Source: Octopus vulgaris (Eukaryota). Taken from it: DNA of 64,000 nucleotides. Positions 55,910-64,000 of this stretch are shown one piece after another. The stretch spans positions 117,862,001 through 117,926,000 of the forward strand of contig OX597822.1 of assembly GCA_951406725.2 (NCBI GenBank), in the 5' to 3' direction. The translations under genes and the position numbers were made by a program. Every line of letters starts with the position of its first letter. The first letter of the stretch is position 1. The notes under the pieces are model-generated. The model made no database searches, was not told the DNA's origin, and saw nothing but the letters and a program-made list of their open reading frames with translations.

Positions 55910-56140
55910 AGGCGGCGAGCTGGCAGAACCGTTAGCACGCCGGGCGAAATGCGTAGCCGTATTTCGTCTACCGTTACGTTCTGAGTTCAAATTCCGCCGA
56001 GGTCGACTTTGCCTTTCATCCTTTCGGGGTCGATAAATTAAGTACCAGTTACGCACTGGGGTTGATATATTCGACTTAAATTCGTTTGTCTGTCCTTGTC
56101 TGTCCCCTCTATGTTTAGCCCCTTGTGGGTAGTAAAGAAA
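55910..56140 (+). mobile_element. SINE family B, full length, young copy
   Basis: aaggcggcgagctggcagaa head, gagttcaaattcc B box, central gactttgcctttcatcctttcggggtcgataaattaagtaccag; tatatatattga repeated on both flanks. Confidence 0.93.
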
Positions 56141-56146
56141 CTTATA

Positions 56147-56650
56147 TATATTGATGAACGTTCTGGGAGACCCACAACCAGCAGAACTGAGAAAAACATC
56201 GCAGATGTGCATGCAGCTGTGAGGGGAAATCGACGAATCACCATCCGTGAGTTATGAGAGGATGGGCAAATAAGCTATGTTTAATTTCGGTCCTTTATCA
56301 CTGAGGATCTGGGTATGAGACGCGAGTCTGCCAAGTTTGTGCAAAAAACTGCTTTCAGCTGACCAGAAAGACACTCGGGTTTCAGTTTCCCAAGATCCCC
56401 TTGATTGTACCGAGAACGATGAAAGCTTTTTGAAAACTTGGCGTAGTCCTCTGAACAGGTATCGCCAAGATTTTGGTCAATACGACGATCACACGCTACA
56501 CATCTTCCTTCCAAGCACTGCTGTAAACAGCAGATGTGAGGTAGAACGTTAGAAGTTAGTGCGCATGCGCAGCAGAGCTCAAGGTCAATGTGTGCCAAGC
56601 ATGCTTAGGCTTCGTTACTATAACAACAGTCAAGACACTTATTGATCAGA

Positions 56651-56652
<2 letters not shown>
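56147..56652 (+). mobile_element. Second, 5'-truncated copy of the mariner derivative at 19381
   Basis: gaacgttctgggagacccacaaccagcagaa..ggtatgagacgcg..ttattgatcagacc is colinear with about 19711-20241. Confidence 0.9.
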
Positions 56653-56721
<69 letters not shown>

Positions 56722-56740
56722 TGTGTGTGTCCGTCTTTAT

Positions 56741-56887
56741 TTTCAGAGTTCAAATTCAGCCGAAGTTGACTTTGCCTTTCATGCTTTTGGGGTTGATAAA
56801 ATAAGTACCAGTCACCCAGCACTGGCTATCGATGTAATCGAATGTCCCCCTTCCAAAAGATTTCAGTACCTGTGCCAATAATAGAAA
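56741..56887 (+). mobile_element. SINE family B, 3' part
   Basis: gagttcaaattc.gccga.gttgactttgcctttcat. Confidence 0.8.
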
Positions 56888-56956
56888 GGTTCATCATCAT
56901 CATCATCATCATCACCATCATCGTCATCAACATCATCATCGTCATCATCTTCATCA

Positions 56957-56987
<31 letters not shown>

Positions 56988-57581
56988 TATCTGTAGCGTC
57001 ATCATGATATGGCGATATAGCTTTCTTACACGGGAAACTCTACCATGGCTTCGCCAGTGAAGAACTGTTATAATCACGCGACATAATCGGTGTTACGATC
57101 GACTTCAGAGAATGACAAAGTGACTATTTTCTTAGAAATGCCATTTCATAAAGATAAAGAGATTAATTCAAATCCTTGAGTTATTTCTGTGGAAGCACAT
57201 CAATGAGAGATATGTCACTCACTCGATTGAAAAGAAACGGAGAAAACATCGAAATAGAAAGACCTGGAAATGGAGATGTCCCGAATGAGAGGAATGAAAA
57301 CTGAAACAGAAAATGCGAAGAATAATACGATGCCAAAACACTAAAGAATAACCGCAGAAACTTCACCCACAGAAGATAGCACTGCTAAGCGCTACACACA
57401 TTGTCACGTGGTGTAGTTTCATTGTAATAGAAACATGTAAAAGCAAGAATTATAATGTATGTGTGTCTCACAGACAATCCTATTCTTGATTGTACAGTGC
57501 AATCACGCATTAAAAGACGATTGATGATGATGCTCATGATGGTCATGATGATGGTTGTAGCGGTAATGCTGGTGGTGGTTA

Positions 57582-57635
<54 letters not shown>

Positions 57636-57975
57636 CAAGAACTCTTTCTACTATTTCCAGTCAGCATAAACAATTTATTTGTTAAATATAGTTTGATATG
57701 TTTGCATGTTACTGGGAGAATTCTTTTTTAAAGAAGTTTTGCAGAGAGTCCTTTGGAAAGCACCATAACATATCTATATTCTCATCTTTAAACACTGGAA
57801 TTTCTGAATTTAATTGAATACCGTAATTCACTGCACGTCGCTGATATTCTGAAAAACTATAATCAATTTATCGTCCGAGGATTAACCAGTATTCGTAGAT
57901 AGGAGACAATATACAATATATAATATATATATATATATAAAACCAAGGAATAAAGCAACAAGAATGGATTAGTAG

Positions 57976-58063
57976 TTTAGTACAATTGTTTCGTACTAAG
58001 AACATTTTATTTAAAGCTGCAAGTATTGCAGCAAATACAAATGTCCAGTATTCATCAGCTAAA
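57976..58063 (-). ncRNA. Type-I hammerhead ribozyme motif, canonical core, family H3
   Basis: Minus strand: tttag-CTGATGA-a-tact..gctgcaa tac ttgcagc..agta-c-GAAAC-aatt-GTA-ctaaa; perfect 5-bp stem I, palindromic acaattgt; sits between two (TA)n tracts. Confidence 0.78.
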
Positions 58064-58151
58064 TCAAATCACATATATGTTTTCCAGACATCCTAGAGAA
58101 TTTATTCATTTGAATTCATTGGAATTCATTTGAATCTTAATTATTTTGCTG

Positions 58152-58212
<61 letters not shown>

Positions 58213-58496
58213 CTGCAACAATATATAATGGCTAAAGAACTATATCATTAAATATTTTACACAACTACATGTGTTGAGTATTCCCGTTTTGTTTGTGCAA
58301 AATACCTACAATCTACACTCACATAGACTGCATGATACATTAGATTTTCGCGAAGAGAAGAATAATTGTTTTGAGATGTTACGATTTCCTTTTAAAATTT
58401 AGCGTACAACGGGTTTATCCCTGTACAGACGGAAACGGGCTGATTTTTACGAAATGAGGAGACAAAGGTTTCCGCTGCACATACATACATACGTAG

Positions 58497-58860
58497 CTGT
58501 ATGTATGTATATATATATATGTATGTATGTATGTATGTGTGTCTGTATGTATGTATGTATGTATGTATGTACGTATGTGTGTATGTATGTATGTATGTAT
58601 GTATGTATGTGTGTGTGTATGTATGTATGTATGTATGTATGTATGTATGTATGTATGTATGTATATGTGTGTATGTATGTATGTATGTATGTATGTATGT
58701 ATGTATGTGTGTATGTATGTATGTATGTATGTATGTATGTATGTATGTATGTATGTATGTATGTATGTATGTATGTGTGTATGTATGTATGTATGTATGT
58801 ATGTATGTGTGTATGTATGTATGTATGTATGTATGTATGTGTGTATGTATGTATGTATGC
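58497..58860. repeat. (TATG)n microsatellite
   Basis: Directly visible. Confidence 0.97.
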
Positions 58861-59947
58861 ACGCATGCATGTGGAGATAAACATGAGGGAGATAAACATC
58901 ACGGGCTTATTAGCTTCACAATTTACAAATGCTAAAGTGTGTTATGTCAGTAAAATAGATATGTTAATATCGTGCAAGCTGTGAATGCAATTCAATCCCC
59001 AACCCATCAAAACAGCATATGTGTTGCAGTGAAAACGAAAAAGAAATTGTTGCTACGTTTATAAGTTTTCGAACAATGCATGTTCAATAATTCAATGAAA
59101 TCGCGAAATCTGGACGTGTTGTGCGCAGTGCAACATCGAATCATTATGTTAATGACTTAACGCTCATCTGTTGTTCTGTAGCTCAGTCATCCGATAAAGA
59201 AGAATTCGCTATTTAAATATTGATGGTTCGGGTTTAAATGGGATTTAAACAAATCCTTTATGAAGCAGGTTTAGGAAGCAAGATATGATTCATCGTTTCT
59301 TAAGGATTCAGTGAAATATAGAATTAAAATCAAGTTACTTTAAGAAAATTTGATTTTAGTTTCAGAAAAGTAAATCTTAGTTCAACATTTGAAACTATCA
59401 AAATCTTATGTTACCGCTCAATCGAGGAATTTCAACCGTGTTTCGTGGTCTGCTACCACAACAGCTCCTTTATAGGATCCAGTTAGCTCAAGACATCATC
59501 AGGAGGAACTACATCCGGTTTCGGCCCCTACTCCTCTACTATTCTGACGTGGCGCCTCCCCCCTTTCGGAGGTGTCTTCAGTTCTGGCGTTGGGTGCATG
59601 TCTTCTTTCTTCTGTTCCCTGGCGCCTTCGATGTAGCGTCAACGAGTGTCAGCGGGCGACTGACTGCCTTGTCAAATTTCCCTTCAAATACCTGCTGCTA
59701 GGTATTTAAATATTTTAGGTATTAAATATTTTATTATTTTTTTCACTTGCTTATTTATTACGTACAAACAGTTGAACTACTCACACAATATCCAATCTCC
59801 AACCAATCCTTGTAAAACATATTACTCTGTAGCAGTCCTTCTCCGCAATCCATTAGGAAAAAAACTGGAGATTATTCAACAACTTAAAAGGGTGTCCATA
59901 CATGTGATGAAGATAAACAGCGTATCTCTCTGAATTAAGAATTTGTT

Positions 59948-60221
59948 TTAAAAGTCACTTTATTATTACTGCATCTATTGGGAGTGAACATTTCAGAGAC
60001 AAAGTAGCTATGGTTGAAAAGAGACCGGAAGTGGAAATGTGCAATGCTAGAAAAACTTCCGTATCGTCAGCATTTATCTCAGGGTCACAAGAGTTTCGTC
60101 CCTTAGCCTGTACGTTTCACCTACGAAAGGGTTCCACTTGCAGCCTCTTATCAACCATAGCTACTTTGTCTCTGAAATGTTTACTCTCAATAGATTTAGT
60201 AATAATAAAGTGACTTTTAAA
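59948..60221. repeat. Foldback with about 88-bp inverted arms at the broken 3' end of the Tc1 relic
   Basis: ttaaaagtcactttattattact..catttcagagacaaagtagctatggttga vs tcaaccatagctactttgtctctgaaatg..agtaataataaagtgacttttaa. Confidence 0.9.
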
Positions 60222-60988
60222 GCTTGAATTCAACGAGGTATGGCCTCGTAGAAAGTTTGAATTGTTTCCAAAGGAATTTTTGCCCATTCTTCAGCTAAGA
60301 CAGTCTCCAGTTCTTGTAGTGATGCTGGTGGAGGATATCGACTCCTTGCTTGTTTTTCTAAATTGCACCATAAATGTTCAATAATATTGAGATCTGGGGA
60401 CTGCGGTGGCTAGATAAGATGTTCAACTTCTCTAGAATGTTTCTCGTGCCATTCAGGATGGATTTGATCAGATAAAATGCATAAATAGTCTCGGCTATTA
60501 ATTTTGCCATGAAGGGAAACCATTGGACCGGCGGATTTCCAATATATAGCCCGCCAGATCATCACAGATCCTCCTTCATGTTTAACGGATGGAAGAAGGC
60601 AGCCTGGGTCAGTTGCTTCATTTGGCTGCTTCCATACGTATACTCGGCCAGTGGTCGGAAATAAGGTAAAGGATGACTCGTCCGAGATAATAACATTCTT
60701 TTACTGCTCTAGGGACCAATTCTATAGGTTTTTACTCCACTCTAAACGCTTTGCAACGTTTGTTTTTGAGAGAAGTGGTTTTCTGATTGCAGTCCTCCCG
60801 AGCTGAAAGTTTTGGTTTTCTTCCGGAATTTTATTTCAACGAGGAGTTTTTCCCTCTTTCTCAAAGGCTGTCATTACTTTCGAGACAGTACTTCATACAC
60901 CAAGCCTTTCGGCTGTTTTCGTTATGCTAGCGCTTGCCATACGAACGCCAACAATTTGACCTCCTTGAAAATCCGATATATCTGTCAT
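60220..60988 (-). pseudogene. Tc1-family (DD34E-type) transposase pseudogene
   Basis: MTDISDFQGGQIVG..; RKPLLS..KRLEW..VIISDESSF..VKHEGGSVMIW..PPQSPDLNIIEHLW..EEWAKIP; stops and internal deletions, second catalytic D region missing. Confidence 0.92.
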
Positions 60989-61149
60989 TTTAATGAATTT
61001 TAATTACCTTTTTCTGATGTTATCTGAAAAGAAGCAGCAATCTTAGCAAAACATATTAAGCAACACTAATAATAAAATAAAAATAAATCACAAAAATAAA
61101 CAAGCTTTTGATGGTTTTATAGATATTTCAGAATTACGATGTTATGATG

Positions 61150-61181
61150 CTAGATGTTTCCATTATTTTGTCCAATCCCTG
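61150..61181 (-). repeat. Left TIR of the Tc1 element
   Basis: Minus strand: ta|cagggattggacaaaataatggaaaca. Confidence 0.75.
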
Positions 61182-61182
61182 T

Positions 61183-61218
<36 letters not shown>

Positions 61219-61219
<1 letters not shown>

Positions 61220-61349
61220 AACAAAAGACGAAGACAGATGTGTAACCAATAAACAGGTCCATTACTGTAACACTCGGGAAAGTGAGAAAGTCTTTTACGT
61301 TTCCAGCCTACGCTCTTCAAGAGAAAGGAACACGAGAAAATAAACAGAG

Positions 61350-61350
<1 letters not shown>
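61219..61350 (-). mobile_element. H1-related short element with a degenerate hammerhead-like motif (61291-61328); similar fragment at 41447-41558
   Basis: Minus strand: ccttt-CTCTTGA-a-gagc gtag gctg-GAAAC-GTA-aaaga. Confidence 0.65.
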
Positions 61351-61387
<37 letters not shown>

Positions 61388-61391
<4 letters not shown>

Positions 61392-61818
61392 CAATAATAA
61401 AAGGGTAAAATCAATTAATTATTAATTAATTTCACCAAGTAGTGTTCAGTATGTAAAAGGACCATTCAAGGTATATTCAAAATATTACGTTATATAATTA
61501 GGGCTCAGCAAAATAATTTACTTTACCACATACTGAAACTTTTAGAAATAGCAGCCAAAAAGTTTTTTTAGCCATTTCTACTACTACAAGAAAAGTCTCC
61601 CAGATAGTGTTTACTCAAAAATAATTCACGTAGATATGGAGGAAAAAACAGCAAAATATCACATGTACAAAGATCATTTGAGAACGTTAACGCTTCTAGA
61701 TTAGTCGAATTAAAACTCGACATTTCTTTCGTCAGCACAACATTTCTTAATTTGGATTTGAAAGCACTAAAAAATTGAACATACCCGTCTGATATGAATC
61801 ACCTCAGACAAACCATCT

Positions 61819-61820
<2 letters not shown>
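61388..61820 (-). mobile_element. H2-family element between (TA)n tracts with a hammerhead motif at 61677-61740
   Basis: Homologous to 10400-10752; minus strand ttgtg-CTGACGA-..-GAAG-cgttaacg-TT-ctcaa. Confidence 0.72.
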
Positions 61821-61867
<47 letters not shown>

Positions 61868-61954
61868 TTCATGAACATTTTTGTGGTACAATAAAAGAAG
61901 ATACATTAAATTGCAGTCAAGGAATGTTCATTGCATTTGGCACCGTAGAACTTT

Positions 61955-62095
61955 ATTGTTCTTTAGGAAGAATAGTACTGACAGTAACTTCGAAGTTCCG
62001 GTCCGCTAAACAATAATCGAATAACTGTCCGATGATGGCTTACTTGGCCGAAACTTCGAACTCAATGTCAATACTATTCCTGCTAAAGAATAACA
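61955..62095 (+). repeat. Small foldback with a hammerhead-like motif
   Basis: CCGATGA-t-ggct tactt ggcc-GAAAC-ttcgaa (62029-62060); arms gaatagtactgaca..ttcgaagtt vs aacttcgaa..tgtcaatactattc. Confidence 0.55.
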
Positions 62096-62262
62096 TATTT
62101 GTGTGTATATGTGTGCGCGTGCGCGGGTGGTTGCATGTATGTATATATGTCTGTATTTATATATATTGTTACATATATTTACGTACTTATATTGTACCTA
62201 CACACACATACATATATACATGCAAAAATACATACACACATCCCTGTATCTTTTACTCTCTT

Positions 62263-62311
<49 letters not shown>

Positions 62312-63237
62312 TGTTCTTATGTGTGTGTGTGTTTGTGTTTCAAAAATCTTTATTTCAAAGACTGCTCATATATGTTCTTTTAGAATATAATTGTCTAAAT
62401 GTACAAAGCAACGAGTCTGCAGTGATAATGGCGTGTTTCTAAGAAACGAGACTTCTCGAAGTATTTTATGTCTGATCTAGTTAATAACTGCATAGGGCTT
62501 AGCAAAGTACAATAATATAATTTCTTTCCACGTATCATTATAAATTATGCAGGATATTTCTCCAACATAACGTTTCTATTTCTTCAAAAACACAATTCTA
62601 GCTGAAAACTGAACAATCAATAGAAATTTCCAATGCCACATCTCTAACTCACAAGCAATATTCGACCTAAATATATATACACATATATATATTTATATGT
62701 AATTGATGATATATGATATTTAGTTTATGCTGTATACATCTGGCTTGTATGTCACCTTGTTACTGGCACGTAGCCAGCTATGTGTTCATTGAGACGAACA
62801 TAAAATTTTGGAATATATGAACTACCATTAATGCAACTAGACAGAAGCAGAAAGAAAAGGAATGGTAGAGACACAGAAATAAATATACACTCATTGATAG
62901 GTATGAGTACACATGCACACTCACAAACACGCACACAGATACACACATACACGCACGCGTACACATATACATGCACATATATGTTTATATATGACACCTA
63001 CGCACAAGCCCCGCCTCCTGGATAGATAAGCGTGGGTGTGTGTACACATGCAGATATACGTGTAAATTTATAGACAAAACCCACGACTCATCCATATGTA
63101 ATGTGTGTGTTGTGTGTGTACATATACATTATGTATGTATGTATGTATGTAAGTATATATGTATGTGTGTGTATACACGTTTTTATGGACATTCTGCATA
63201 TCTTTCTCCCACACACTCACTTTGCTTATACATGGGT

Positions 63238-63269
<32 letters not shown>

Positions 63270-63284
63270 ATACTTATGTATGTA

Positions 63285-63435
63285 TCTCCATATATATAAA
63301 ACTGAGAATATGTGTCTGTCTGTCAGTCTGTGTGTTTCCCTAAAACTTGAGAACTACACAACCAATTTCATTTAAATTTTACACATGCCTTACATAAGGT
63401 CCGGGGAGTGTCATCGGCAAAAAAAATTTAACCCA
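63285..63435 (+). mobile_element. Probable 5' fragment of a non-autonomous Helitron
   Basis: a|TCtccatatatataaaa, gtct repeats and aaccaatttca..aaattttacaca resemble the 5' end of 27303-27686; no 3' hairpin/CTAG found. Confidence 0.5.
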
Positions 63436-64000
63436 CAGCAATATATCTTATCCACTATTTCAGTATTACGTGTTAAAAGTGAAACAAAAACATATCTCTT
63501 TTGTAATGCAGACACTTTCATTTTAATACTGAAACTATTAAAGTGAAAGTATTATATAACAGAGATCAACCATTAACAGTGGTCATCCATTTTACTAGAA
63601 GAAGATCCGCTATGGTCCTATATGCTACACCACTGGTTTTCAATTCATATTAATCAAATTAATATTCAATTTTTCACCCTTATTATGTGTGTGTGCGTGT
63701 GTATTAGCAATTCGTATAAAATTGCATCAATGACTTGAACTTGAATAAGTGGTTTCACATAAATGGGGATAAATTAAAAAGGTTTGTTATTATTATTACT
63801 GTTTGACTATTGTAATCACATTTGTTGGCTCCTCGTCAGGGAAACGTTGTAGTGTTTCATTTTTTAAATAATTGTAAACCGTAACCCTCCCCCTTCCGGA
63901 GAAGGGGCTTTGGTTATTGTTTAAAAATTGAATTGTGTCCCTGTTTGGGGAAACTGACAATATTTTCACCGTCTTTACGGAAGCATTTTTGTTAAAATTA

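Noticed and set aside
57223-57300. Possible 78-nt minus-strand exon (tttcag..ga/gtgagt)
   Set aside because: The interior is itself pyrimidine-rich with several AG candidates, and the peptide is unrecognisable.

Overview
AT-rich, repeat-saturated animal genomic DNA. The tRNA-derived SINE families and dense microsatellites resemble an octopus/coleoid cephalopod genome (inference from memory, not a database match). No intact protein-coding gene is visible: almost all ORFs in the track are translated microsatellites or SINEs. The window holds about 30 SINE copies from at least 5 modular families, a decayed Tc1 transposase, mariner- and hAT-derived MITE-like elements, non-autonomous Helitrons, CR1/RTE LINE 3' fragments and very long simple repeats. 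The main unexplained signal is a dozen or more minimal type-I hammerhead-ribozyme motifs (stem I-CUGANGA-stem II-GAAAC-palindromic mini stem III-NUH-stem I) in several unrelated short non-coding families. Most sit next to (TA)n tracts, and several form inverted foldbacks, a Penelope-like-element signature. One element (48421-48805) combines a tRNA-type Pol III head, a hammerhead, an inverted tail and a 12-bp TSD, making it a candidate Penelope-mobilised ribozyme SINE. One family carries a fixed non-canonical core (CUGUNGA). A 27-nt micro-exon and a signal-peptide-like exon are weak hints of host genes. All coordinates were read by eye and may be off by a few bases.
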